Notes: generated from the sequence alone by a model not told the origin. Shown: positions 18,671 to 27,458, counted from the first letter of the stretch. The stretch is 32,000 bases of DNA from Mycolicibacterium smegmatis (GCF_001457595.1 NZ_LN831039.1:6630001-6662000), one strand, 5' to 3'. Made by a program: numbers and translations.

Positions 18671-20042
18671 TTTCGTTCTGCTTTCTCTTCATGTATGCGG
18701 TCGCGGCGTCGATCACCAGGAATGCCGCGAGGCTCAACCCGAACAGCGGCAGGCACCAGCCGATGACCACGGCCGTCACCGCCACCGCGGTGACGGCCCA
18801 CCACGGGAGCCTGCGGATCGCACCTCTGCGCGGTGGGCGTCCCACGGCCCACGTCGATCCGCGCGTCGGGCGGCGCTGCCACCACATGCGGTAGCCCTGC
18901 ACGATCAGGGTGATGAGCCCGATCATGCTGACCGCCAGGATGATCTGGTTGACCACGCCGAACAGCAGGCCCATGTGGGCGTCGATCGTCCAACGGGTCA
19001 GCTTGGCCAGTAGCGGCCAGTCCGCGAAGTCGACCCGGTCGGTGACGGCCCCGGTCTGCGCGTCCACGGCGATGGAGTCGTTACGCGTCGGCCAGTCACG
19101 TTTGCGTTCCGACACCGTCCACACCGCGCCGTGCTCGGCGGGCGGGTACAGCCACATCGGACCCTTCAGCCCCACCTCTTCGGCGGTGTGCAGCACGGCG
19201 TCGGCACCGTCGAGGGTCGTCGGGGCCGTGCCGTGCCCGTGGTGGTGCGCCGGCGCGGAAGCGTCGACACTGGGCGCCGTCGAGTTCAATCTGGCCTGCA
19301 GGGTGCTGATGGTTTCCCCGCCGTAGCGCGACCACGTGATGCCCGTGACCGACAACGCCAGCAGCACCGCGAGGACCCAGACCCCGATCACGGCGTGCCA
19401 CGACATGGCCTTGCGACGCCCGGTCGCGGCGCGGTCGGGAACCACGAGCCGGGAGCGTTTGTCCCGACGCTGCAGAAGCCACAGCGCGAGGCCGGCCAGG
19501 GCGATGACCCACATCCAGCTCGCGGCGAGTTCGCTGTAGTGGCGTCCGAACGCGCCGAGATGCAGGTTGCGGTGCAGATCGTCGAACCACGCGCGGATCG
19601 GCATCCACTGGCCGTACGTCGTCAGCGCACCCCGCACCTCGGCGGTATACGGGTCGACGAACACGGTGCGTGAGTAGTCCGGCGGCACGTCATCGACGCT
19701 GAGCTGGACCTGCGTCGTCTCCGTGGGCTCGGCAGGCGGCCGGATGCTCGCGACGGTGCCCTCGGGATGGGCGGCACGGGCCGCCGCAATCTGATCTGTC
19801 AGCGGCAGGCGGTGCTGCCCGATGTGGTCGACGGTCAGCTCATGGCGGTAGACCGTGGCGTCGATCTGCGGGATCAGTGCGTACAGCAGGCCGGTGACGG
19901 CCGCAATGAGGATGAACGGGCCGACGAACACGCCCGCGTAGAAGTGCAGCCGCATAAGTAACTGGCGGGCTGCGGCGCGCGCGGTCGGGGGTGATGTCGG
20001 TGGTGATTCTGTGCGTGGTCGATCGTCAGGGGTTGTGGTCAT
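18663..20042 (-). CDS. PepSY-associated TM domain membrane protein
   Basis: LRLHFYAGVFVGPFILIAAVTGLLYAL, DLHRNLHLGAFGRHYSELAASWMWVIALAGLALW, LTRWTIDAHMGLLFGVVNQIILA; typical PepSY-TM family architecture. Confidence 0.88.
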   Translation of the reverse strand: MTTTPDDRPRTESPPTSPPTARAAARQLLMRLHFYAGVFVGPFILIAAVTGLLYALIPQIDATVYRHELTVDHIGQHRLPLTDQIAAARAAHPEGTVASIRPPAEPTETTQVQLSVDDVPPDYSRTVFVDPYTAEVRGALTTYGQWMPIRAWFDDLHRNLHLGAFGRHYSELAASWMWVIALAGLALWLLQRRDKRSRLVVPDRAATGRRKAMSWHAVIGVWVLAVLLALSVTGITWSRYGGETISTLQARLNSTAPSVDASAPAHHHGHGTAPTTLDGADAVLHTAEEVGLKGPMWLYPPAEHGAVWTVSERKRDWPTRNDSIAVDAQTGAVTDRVDFADWPLLAKLTRWTIDAHMGLLFGVVNQIILAVSMIGLITLIVQGYRMWWQRRPTRGSTWAVGRPPRRGAIRRLPWWAVTAVAVTAVVIGWCLPLFGLSLAAFLVIDAATAYMKRKQNENA

Positions 20043-20111
20043 GGAAATGCTTTCGCTCAGAGGTTTTCGCGGTTCTCGCGGTTTCGCGCAGGAATGTGCG
20101 CAACGGGTAAC

Positions 20112-20133
20112 AGCCCGTCGGTGTCGACGGGCT
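20112..20133 (-). terminator. GC-rich hairpin AGCCCGTCG-GTGT-CGACGGGCT without U-tract (terminator or attenuator candidate)
   Basis: Perfect 9-bp stem with 4-nt loop in the gap between the stop of 20156..20698 and the start of the PepSY gene. Confidence 0.45.
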
Positions 20134-20155
20134 CACATGAAGCGATGTGCGGGCG

Positions 20156-20698
20156 TCAGACGCCGGCAGTGAGCGCCTGAGGCGGCGCCCGCATTCCCAG
20201 ACCGGCACGCAGCAGAACGGGGCGTGCCACAACGACATCAGACGGCCACCAGGCCGCGTCGCCTGCCGGCTCGACCCGGCCGACGGCAAAGAGGCGCAAC
20301 CAGCTCAGGACGGTCGCGCAGACGATGAAGAGGTATTCGACCGCACCGATCAACAGGCCCAGCCCGACGGCCGCAGCCGCATGCAGCGCGAGCATCGGCG
20401 CGCTCACCAGGGCGCCGCCGTGGTGATGGCCGCCGGTCACGGCGAGGATGAGGTGGCCGAGGGCCTGTCCCGATCCCAGCCCCACGATCAACAAGGCCGT
20501 CGCGGCCGAGCGGGTGCGCGGCGAGAATCCGCCCACCGTGGCGCCGAGCGTCGCGCACGCGATCAGCAGGATCACCAGCGGGCTGCCCGACGGGGGTACC
20601 CCGCCTGCCGCGGTGTGTGCCACTGCTGCGGTCAGCGCCGAGCACATGCCCACCAGACCGCCGCGCAGGTGCGCCGCATGGTCGGTGAGGGTGCTCAC
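20156..20698 (-). CDS. Polytopic membrane protein with HHHGG motif, likely part of the DyP/PCuAC/PepSY group
   Basis: Several hydrophobic helices (SPLVILLIACATLGATVGG, SAATALLIVGLGSGQALGHLILAV, VEYLFIVCATVLSWLRLFAV). Start taken at GTG 20698. Confidence 0.7.
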   Translation of the reverse strand: MSTLTDHAAHLRGGLVGMCSALTAAVAHTAAGGVPPSGSPLVILLIACATLGATVGGFSPRTRSAATALLIVGLGSGQALGHLILAVTGGHHHGGALVSAPMLALHAAAAVGLGLLIGAVEYLFIVCATVLSWLRLFAVGRVEPAGDAAWWPSDVVVARPVLLRAGLGMRAPPQALTAGV

Positions 20699-20810
20699 CT
20701 GCGGAACTTTACCCGGGCGGTTTGCCGGTGTTCGTTGCTGGTCACGCACGGTGGTCGGCGCCCGTGCGGCACTCGGCGGTTTTCGGCTGTCGGCGACCTA
20801 CCGTGGTGGG

Positions 20811-21443
20811 GTGTACGACCAGTACGACGTGATCGCCGACGACTACGCCCAGCACTTCCCCGACGACTTTGCGTCCCGACCGTTCGACCGGGCACTCGTG
20901 CACGTCTTCGCGGGTCTCGTCCAACAGTCCGGCGGTGGCAACGTGCTCGACGTCGGCTGCGGACCCGGTCAGGCGACCGCCGAACTCGGCGCAGCCGGCC
21001 TGCGGACCCACGCCATCGACGGTTCACCTGCCATGGTCTCGATCGCCCGGCGGCGCTATCCCCATGCCCGCTACCAGGTCGCGGATATGGCGTCGCTCCC
21101 CTATCAGGATGCGGCGTTCGGCGGGCTGTGCGCGTGGTACTCGATCATCCATACTCCGGCCGACCGCCTTGCCGGGTTGTTCGCCGAGTTCTCCCGGGTG
21201 CTCGCCGACCCCGGCTGGCTGCTTCTCGGTTTCCAGACAGACGCTCCTCCTTTGGTTTTCGATGAGGCATTCGGGCACAAGGTCGACATGACGTTCCTGC
21301 GCCACAACGTGACCACAGTGCAGGAGGCACTGTTGGCAGCGGGCTTCACCGTGTACGCGACGTCCAAACGCGAACGCCTGCAACACCTGAGCGAAACTGC
21401 TGCCCAAGCGTTCGTCATCGCGCACCGAGGCCCGCTTCACTGA
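20811..21443 (+). CDS. SAM-dependent methyltransferase (class I)
   Basis: NVLDVGCGPGQATAELGAAGLRTHAIDGSPAMVSIARRR motif I. GTG start VYDQYDVIADDYAQHF; the upstream part of the ORF-track frame is antisense to 20156..20698. Confidence 0.85.
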   Translation: MYDQYDVIADDYAQHFPDDFASRPFDRALVHVFAGLVQQSGGGNVLDVGCGPGQATAELGAAGLRTHAIDGSPAMVSIARRRYPHARYQVADMASLPYQDAAFGGLCAWYSIIHTPADRLAGLFAEFSRVLADPGWLLLGFQTDAPPLVFDEAFGHKVDMTFLRHNVTTVQEALLAAGFTVYATSKRERLQHLSETAAQAFVIAHRGPLH

Positions 21444-21448
21444 CGGCG

Positions 21449-23116
21449 CTATCGAGGTTCGTCATCGTCCCCGGCTGCGTTCTTGCTCGGGCCGTTCCTG
21501 TTCTCGCCGCTGTTCCTGTCTCCGTTCCCGTTGTGGCGGTAGGTATCTCTGGTGGTGGTGCTGCTCGTGGTGTCGCGAGTGTTGACGGGCGGGACTTCGG
21601 CCTGGTGGTACGGGGCGGTGCGTTGTTGGCCTTGGTCGAGCAGTTCGGGTGGGATTGCCGGCTTTTCGCCGTGGCCATTGACATGGACTGTTCCTGTGTC
21701 CGCCCCGGTGTCTGTGTGGTGCTGCTCGCGGTTGTCGCCGTCAGTCTTCTGGTCGCGGTTGATGTCAGCGAGGAGGGTTTCGGGGTGGTGGTAGGTGTTG
21801 GTGCGGTGTTGACCACGGTCGAGAAGGTCGGGTGGGATCCATTCGCATTGGCCGTGGTTATTGATGCGGGTGGTCCATTTGTTGGGGGCGTCGCCGACGA
21901 GGCGGTTGTCGCAGCCGCAGGCCAGGGCCAGGGCGTCGGCGTCGGTGAGTCCGCCTTTGGAGTAGTCGGTGGTGGCGTGGTGGGCTTGGCAGCGGTAGCC
22001 GTTGGCGGTGCAGCCGGGGCGGGTGCAGCCGCGGTCGCGTGCCCAGATGGCCAGACGCTGCCCGGCGGATGCGGTGCGCCGGGCCCGCCCGAGGTAGAGC
22101 GGTATGCCGGTGTGTTCGTCGTAGACGGCGAGGTAGTGAAGCGCTTGGGAGGCCAGGCGGATCAGGTTGGGGATGGACAGTTTGGTGCCGCCGGCGGTGA
22201 TCGCCACCCCGGCGGCTTTTTCCAGTTCTTGCAGGGTGGTGGTGATCAGCAGGGTGGCGGGTAGGCCGTTGATCTGGCCGAGGTCTTTGTGGGCGAGCAG
22301 CAGGCGCATCGCGGTGAGCATGGCGTCGTGGCGACGCTCGGGCGCGCCGCGCTCGTCGTGGTCGATTTGTTGTTGTGAGGGTGTGCCGGAGATGCATGGG
22401 GTTTGGTCGGCGGGGTTGCACATGCCGGGTGCGGCCAGTTTTTCGTCGACGGGGTCGAAGGTGGCTTTGAATTCGGCGCTGACTTTGCCGCGCAGGTGGT
22501 AGGAGCCGTCGGGTTGTTGGGGGCCGAAGGTGATGCCGAACGGTTTGGTGGGTGGGTTGTCGGTGGGGGCGGGCCCGTCCTGGTCCAGCAGGAACACGGC
22601 GTGGTCGACGGCTTGGCGCACGGTTTCGGGGTCGGCCCCGATGGCGCCGGTGACCAGTTTTTCTTCCAGCCGGCACTGTTCGGCGTAGGTGACCCAGTCG
22701 GGGCATTTGGTGAAGAACTTGAACAGCTCGGTGACGTGGTCGGGGGTCAGGGCGCCGTCGGCTTGGGCGGCGGCGATGTGTTCACGTTTGGGTGCCAAGG
22801 CTTCGCCGGTCAGCGACACCCGGGGGCCCAGTTCGGCGGCGTCGGTGCAGCGGCGGCGGGCTTCCTTGACGGAGATGCCCAGGCGGGTCGCCAGCACCAC
22901 CGGCCAGGATTTGGCGCCGATCGCTGCGGGGGTGGTCTGTTCGCTCAGCGCGGCGATAGCGCGGTGTTCGACGGCGGGGGCCAGGTTGCGCACATCTTGG
23001 ATGCCCTCGCACACGTCCAGCAGGTCGGCGTCGGACAGGGCGGTGTAGGGCAGGGCGAGCACGTCGCGCATCGCGGCGTGCAGCGCCGCGAGTGCTGTGC
23101 CTACTTCCGCTGCCAT
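21449..23116 (-). CDS. DUF222 / HNH endonuclease domain protein, REP13E12-like family
   Basis: N-terminal DUF222-type region and C-terminal HNH-like region (RDRGCTRPGCTANGYRCQAHHATTDYSKGGLTDADALALACGCDN). ORF extends to 23146, but the SOS box lies in that extension. Confidence 0.88.
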   Translation of the reverse strand: MAAEVGTALAALHAAMRDVLALPYTALSDADLLDVCEGIQDVRNLAPAVEHRAIAALSEQTTPAAIGAKSWPVVLATRLGISVKEARRRCTDAAELGPRVSLTGEALAPKREHIAAAQADGALTPDHVTELFKFFTKCPDWVTYAEQCRLEEKLVTGAIGADPETVRQAVDHAVFLLDQDGPAPTDNPPTKPFGITFGPQQPDGSYHLRGKVSAEFKATFDPVDEKLAAPGMCNPADQTPCISGTPSQQQIDHDERGAPERRHDAMLTAMRLLLAHKDLGQINGLPATLLITTTLQELEKAAGVAITAGGTKLSIPNLIRLASQALHYLAVYDEHTGIPLYLGRARRTASAGQRLAIWARDRGCTRPGCTANGYRCQAHHATTDYSKGGLTDADALALACGCDNRLVGDAPNKWTTRINNHGQCEWIPPDLLDRGQHRTNTYHHPETLLADINRDQKTDGDNREQHHTDTGADTGTVHVNGHGEKPAIPPELLDQGQQRTAPYHQAEVPPVNTRDTTSSTTTRDTYRHNGNGDRNSGENRNGPSKNAAGDDDEPR

Positions 23117-23118
23117 GC

Positions 23119-23136
23119 TTCGAACACTAGTTCGAA
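23119..23136. promoter_or_regulatory. LexA/SOS box TTCGAAC-ACTA-GTTCGAA
   Basis: Perfect match to the mycobacterial SOS box TCGAAC(N4)GTTCGA, extended to 7-bp perfect arms, immediately upstream of the DUF222-HNH gene. Confidence 0.88.
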
Positions 23137-23302
23137 TCACTGACAAGAACCCTCAGTTTGTGACTGGTGTGATCAATGAGCCCATATTGGTCAAAGGTGT
23201 TGTTGTACAGCACGTTACAGAAGAACACTCACCGGTCGGCGAGCGTGCGCCGAGTGCTGACACAACCCGGCGTGTCCACCGACAAACACGCACCCTCACG
23301 AA

Positions 23303-23371
23303 GCAAAGTGCGGTGCAAGCACGGAGCAAGGTGCGGTGCAAGCACGGTGCAAAGTGAGGTGCAAAGTGACC
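23303..23371. repeat. Three 23-bp degenerate tandem units, containing a perfect 12-bp tandem GGTGCAAAGTGA x2 (23346-23369)
   Basis: GCAAAGTGCGGTGCAAGCACGGA / GCAAGGTGCGGTGCAAGCACGGT / GCAAAGTGAGGTGCAAAGTGACC. Confidence 0.85.
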
Positions 23372-23390
23372 CGACCCGTACCCTGGCCCT

Positions 23391-23876
23391 GTGATCGACC
23401 TTCATCCGAACATTGCCCCACTGGCTCCACTCCTGGGCACGTGGGCGGGCCCAGGCGCGGGTGAGTATCCGACGATCCAGTCGTTCGAATACCTCGAAGA
23501 GATCACCTTCGGACACGTCGGCAAGCCTTTCCTGACGTACCAGCAGCGCACCAAGGCCCGTGATGACGGGCGGCCGTTGCACGCAGAAGTCGGCTACATC
23601 CGGGTCCCGGCGCCGGACCGGGTCGAGTGGGTTCTCGCACACCCCACCGGGATCACCGAGATCCAGGAAGGCACGCTGACCGTCGGCGGCGATCGCATCA
23701 CGATGGACGTGAAGGCCACCACGATCGGGCTGACGGCATCGGCGAAAAACGTGACCGCGCTTGCTCGTTCGTTCCGCATAACGGGCGACGAGCTGGCGTA
23801 CACCCTGCAGATGGGCGCTGTCGGGCAGCCATTGCAACACCACCTGGCAGCGACCTTGCGGAGGACCCCCGCATGA
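23391..23876 (+). CDS. Nitrobindin/THAP4-like heme-binding beta-barrel family protein
   Basis: [49 protein letters not shown] and [11 protein letters not shown], typical of FABP-like nitrobindin homologues. GTG start. Confidence 0.85.
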   Translation: MIDLHPNIAPLAPLLGTWAGPGAGEYPTIQSFEYLEEITFGHVGKPFLTYQQRTKARDDGRPLHAEVGYIRVPAPDRVEWVLAHPTGITEIQEGTLTVGGDRITMDVKATTIGLTASAKNVTALARSFRITGDELAYTLQMGAVGQPLQHHLAATLRRTPA

Positions 23877-25102
23877 CCGGCAAGATCTCTGTGCCTGCCG
23901 ATCTGGACGCGGTGACCACGATCGGCGATGAAGACCATTCGGGTATCGACGCGCGGGCGATCGAGCAGATCTGGGACTCGGTGCGGTACTGGTACCAGTC
24001 GGGCCTGCACCCCGCGATCCAGGTGTGCCTGCGGCACAAGGGAAGAGTGGTGCTGAACCGGGCGATCGGCCACGGCTGGGGCAACGGACCCGACGATTCA
24101 CCGGATACCGAGAAGATCCTCGCCACACCCGAGACCCCGTTCTGCGTGTACTCGGCCGCCAAGGCGATCAGCTCGACGGTGGTGCACATGCTCGTCGAGC
24201 GTGGGTACTTCTCGCTCGACGATCGCGTGTGCGATTACCTGCCGGGATACACCAGCCATGGCAAGGACCGCACCACGATTCGTCACGTCATGACCCACAG
24301 TGCGGGCGTGCCGATCCACACCGGCCCTCGCCCCGACGTCACGAAGGTCAACGACAGCGAGTACACCCGCCAACAGCTCGCGGCGCTCAAACCCGTCTAC
24401 CGACCGGGGTTGATCCACATCTACCACGGCCTCACGTGGGGTCCGCTGATTCGCGAGATCGTCTCTGCGGCAACGGGTCGCAATATCCGCGACATCCTGG
24501 CCGAGGAGATCCTCGAGCCGCTGAAGTTCCGGTGGACCAACTACGGCGTGCGGCCGGAAGAGGTCGGCCTGGTGGCGCCCAGCCACGTCACGGGCAAGCC
24601 GTTGCCCGCACCCATCGCCGCGGCGTTCCGCGCCGCGGTGGGCGGCACGCCCGACCGGATCATCCCGCTGAGCAACACGCCGCTGTTCCTCACGAGCATC
24701 GTGCCGTCGTCGAGCACGGTGTCCAACGCCGACGAGCTGTCACGCTTCGCCGAGATCCTGAGGCGCGGTGGCGAATTGGACGGCGTGAGGATTCTGCGTC
24801 CGGAAACTCTGCGGACGGCGACGGCTCCGTGCCGCCGGATGCGCCCGGATGTGGCGACTGGCCTCAAACCGATGCGCTGGGGCACCGGCTACATGCTCGG
24901 CGGTAAACGCTTCGGCCCGTTCGGCCGCAACACCGAATCCGCGTTCGGCCATACCGGACTGGTCGACATCGCGGTGTGGGCCGACCCGGCGCGCAGCCTG
25001 TCGGCGGCCGTCGTCAGCAGCGGCAAGCCGGGCGCACACTTCGAGACCAACCGCTACCCGGCGGTGCTCAACCGGATCGCGGAGCAGATCCCGCCGGGCT
25101 GA
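23873..25102 (+). CDS. Serine hydrolase, beta-lactamase/esterase family (class C-like)
   Basis: SxxK motif in [55 protein letters not shown]; C-terminal FGHTG. ATGA overlap with the upstream gene. Confidence 0.9.
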   Translation: MTGKISVPADLDAVTTIGDEDHSGIDARAIEQIWDSVRYWYQSGLHPAIQVCLRHKGRVVLNRAIGHGWGNGPDDSPDTEKILATPETPFCVYSAAKAISSTVVHMLVERGYFSLDDRVCDYLPGYTSHGKDRTTIRHVMTHSAGVPIHTGPRPDVTKVNDSEYTRQQLAALKPVYRPGLIHIYHGLTWGPLIREIVSAATGRNIRDILAEEILEPLKFRWTNYGVRPEEVGLVAPSHVTGKPLPAPIAAAFRAAVGGTPDRIIPLSNTPLFLTSIVPSSSTVSNADELSRFAEILRRGGELDGVRILRPETLRTATAPCRRMRPDVATGLKPMRWGTGYMLGGKRFGPFGRNTESAFGHTGLVDIAVWADPARSLSAAVVSSGKPGAHFETNRYPAVLNRIAEQIPPG

Positions 25103-25111
25103 CCGAGCCGT

Positions 25112-25552
25112 TCAGCGCAACCGCTCGCCGTACACGCGCTGCACCGACAGTTTCATCAGCACCCTGCGGTCGGAGACCATGACCGACCGGTACTCGTCCC
25201 AGTCCGGGTGCTCACCCGCGGCCTTGCGGTAGTACTCGACGAGGGCTTCCACCTCGGGACCGTGTGGGTCGGTACCTGGGCCGGTCAGGGTCACCGTGCC
25301 TTCCGCGGTCGCCCAGGCCCAGCCGTCCGCACGGGTGACCTCGAGTGCGGCGCGCGGGTCGCGCCGCAGGTTCGCGGTCTTCGCGCGCCCGTCTGTCATG
25401 GACACGTAGATGATGTCGGCGGCGCGGTCGTAGTACGGCGTCACCGGCGACAGTTGCGGAAGCCCGTTTGCTTTGATGGTGGCGAGCACCCCGATCCGGG
25501 CCTCGGCCAGCAACGAGCGCGGATCGAACGCATCAGATGAGGTGGCGGTCAC
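25112..25552 (-). CDS. PPOX-class (pyridoxamine-5'-phosphate oxidase-like) F420/FMN-dependent protein
   Basis: SLLAEARIGVLATIKANGLPQLSPVTPYYDRAADIIYVSMTDGRAKTANLRRDPRAALEVTRADGWAWATAEGTVTLTG. Only this C-terminal part of the 667-aa ORF is real; the rest is antisense to the carboxylase. Confidence 0.87.
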   Translation of the reverse strand: MTATSSDAFDPRSLLAEARIGVLATIKANGLPQLSPVTPYYDRAADIIYVSMTDGRAKTANLRRDPRAALEVTRADGWAWATAEGTVTLTGPGTDPHGPEVEALVEYYRKAAGEHPDWDEYRSVMVSDRRVLMKLSVQRVYGERLR

Positions 25553-25594
25553 ACTGTGCGCAACTCGTGATCGGCCGCTCCGTATTCCGGGAGG

Positions 25595-27148
25595 ATGCCG
25601 GCGATGACCGACGAAGACCTGCGCGACGACCTCGCGGAAGTCCTGCGCCGACGCGCACTCACCCAGGACGACGCACGGCCCGACGCCGTCGAGCGCAGGC
25701 ACGCGTCCGGGGCCCGCACGGCGCGGCAGAACATCGCCGACCTGGTCGACGACGGATCGTTCGTCGAGTACGGACGCTTCGCCATCGCCGCACAGCGTCA
25801 GCGTCGCAGCCTCGACGACCTGATCGCGCGTACCCCGGCCGACGGTCTGGTGGCGGGCACCGCGCGCGTCGACGGGAAGCCGTGCGCGGTGTTGTCCTAC
25901 GACTACACGGTTCTCGCGGGCACGCAGGGCGCTCTGGGCCATCTCAAGAAGGACCGGCTGTTCGATCTCATCGAGCGGATGCGCCTCCCCACAGTGTTTT
26001 TCGCCGAGGGCGGCGGCGGCCGCCCGGGTGACACCGACATCCCCACGGTGTCCTCGCTGGACGTGCGGGCGTTCAAGCTCTGGGCCGCGCTGTCCGGTCT
26101 GGTACCTCGCATCGCCGTGGTCAGGGGCCGCTGCTTCGCGGGCAACGCGGTGATCGCAGGCGCGGCCGACCTCATCGTCGCAACCGAGGACACCTCGATC
26201 GGCATGGGCGGACCGGCGATGATCGCAGGCGGCGGTCTGGGTGAGGTCGCGCCTGAGGACGTCGGACCGATCTCGGTACAGGCGCCCAACGGCGTCGTCG
26301 ACATCGTGGTGGCCGACGAGCCCGAGGCCGTCGCGGTCACCAAGACGCTGCTGGGATATTTCGGCGGAACCGTCGCCGCCGGGCCTGAACGTGACCAAAC
26401 ACCGCTGCGCACAATGGTTCCCGAACGTGCCCGGCGGGCATACCCCGTCGGCCCCGTCATCGAGACGCTCGCCGACGAGGGTTCGGTGACCTATCTGCGG
26501 GAGAAGTTCGCCCCGGAGATGGTCACGGCGTTCGCCCGCATGGCCGGCCGCCCGGTCGGCATCCTCGCCAACAACACCATGGTCATGGCGGGCGCCATCA
26601 CCGCGACCGCGTCCGACAAGGCCGCACGGTTCCTGCAACTGTGCGACGCCTTCGGGATTCCGGTGGTCTCGCTCGTCGACTGCCCGGGTTACATGGTCGG
26701 CCCGGCCGCGGAGGCCGAGGCGCTGGTGCGACGTGGTTCGCGGCTCCTCGTCGCCGGTGCGGCGCTGACCGTGCCGTTGATCGCGGTGATCCTGCGTCGC
26801 GGGTACGGCCTTGGCGCGCAGGCGATGTGCGGCGGAAGTCTGCACGAACCGCTGCTCACGGTGGCCTGGCCGGGTGCGCATCTCGGGCCCATGGGACTCG
26901 AGGGGGCGGTGCGTCTGGGGATGCGCAAGGAACTGGGGGCGATCGAGAACGAGGACGCGCGCGAGGAGGCCGTCCGCGCCGCGACGAAGGCCGCCGAGGA
27001 GCATGCGAAGGCGCTCAACTCGGCGTCGATGTTCGAGATCGACGATGTCATCGACCCGGCCGAAACCCGGTCGGTGATCATTTCCACCCTTGTCGCGGCC
27101 GCACACCACGAACACGCGAACAGGCCCAGATTCGTCGACACCTGGTAG
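25595..27148 (+). CDS. Acyl-CoA carboxylase carboxyltransferase (beta-subunit-like) protein
   Basis: GGGGRPGDTDIPTVSSLDVRAFKLWAALSG, GPAMIAGGGLGEVAPEDVGP, ADEPEAVAVTKTLLGYF, VDCPGYMVGPAAEAEALVRRGSRLL. Start may be Met 25604. Confidence 0.92.
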   Translation: MPAMTDEDLRDDLAEVLRRRALTQDDARPDAVERRHASGARTARQNIADLVDDGSFVEYGRFAIAAQRQRRSLDDLIARTPADGLVAGTARVDGKPCAVLSYDYTVLAGTQGALGHLKKDRLFDLIERMRLPTVFFAEGGGGRPGDTDIPTVSSLDVRAFKLWAALSGLVPRIAVVRGRCFAGNAVIAGAADLIVATEDTSIGMGGPAMIAGGGLGEVAPEDVGPISVQAPNGVVDIVVADEPEAVAVTKTLLGYFGGTVAAGPERDQTPLRTMVPERARRAYPVGPVIETLADEGSVTYLREKFAPEMVTAFARMAGRPVGILANNTMVMAGAITATASDKAARFLQLCDAFGIPVVSLVDCPGYMVGPAAEAEALVRRGSRLLVAGAALTVPLIAVILRRGYGLGAQAMCGGSLHEPLLTVAWPGAHLGPMGLEGAVRLGMRKELGAIENEDAREEAVRAATKAAEEHAKALNSASMFEIDDVIDPAETRSVIISTLVAAAHHEHANRPRFVDTW

Positions 27149-27195
27149 CCAGAAGCCGTTGACTACACGCTGTAGTAGTCGCAGCGCTGTTCCAT

Positions 27196-27458
27196 GTGAT
27201 CCGTCCGGGCCTGGTGCTGTGCCGGCGCACGTCGTGGTCCGTCGTCTATCTCCTGCTGGCCGCCGTCGGGGGCGCGGTACCCGGCGGCTGGGCGTTGTTC
27301 TCCAACCAGGGGCCTACATCTTTGCCCTCCCCGACAACTTCACCGACGCCATCGTGCATCTGGTTACCGCCGCGGTGATGTTCGGCGTCGCCGCGGTGCA
27401 GATCCGCAGGGACGGCGGGCTGTATGACTCGCTCGGCGAGCTAAGCCTCAAGAGTTGA
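27196..27458 (+). pseudogene. Small DUF4383-like membrane protein with an apparent one-base deletion in a G run
   Basis: Frame 1 VIRPGLVLCRRTSWSVVYLLLAAVGGAVPGGWALFSNQ, then the -1-base-shifted frame AYIFALPDNFTDAIVHLVTAAVMFGVAAVQIRRDGG. The frames join at GGGG (27309-27312). Confidence 0.5.

Noticed and set aside
20448-20810. Upstream extension of the methyltransferase ORF
   Set aside because: Lies over the divergent membrane-protein gene; methyltransferase homology starts at about the GTG at 20811.
21449-23116. DUF222-HNH gene as evidence of a mobile element or restriction system
   Set aside because: No terminal inverted repeats, target-site duplication, integrase or methyltransferase partner could be seen. 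The neighbouring SAM methyltransferase looks like a small-molecule type. The family is common in mycobacterial chromosomes.
23303-23371. Tandem repeats as a CRISPR array
   Set aside because: Units are contiguous 23-mers without unique spacers, and no cas genes are present.
25553-27115. N-terminal approx. 520 aa of the minus-strand 667-aa ORF (25112..27115)
   Set aside because: Shadow of the carboxyltransferase gene; only the last ~147 aa (25112..25552) match a real family (PPOX).
27159-27177. GACTACA-CGC-TGTAG(TA)GTC hairpin after the carboxylase gene as a terminator
   Set aside because: Requires a bulge and has only a weak 5-bp core stem with no T tract; too weak to call.
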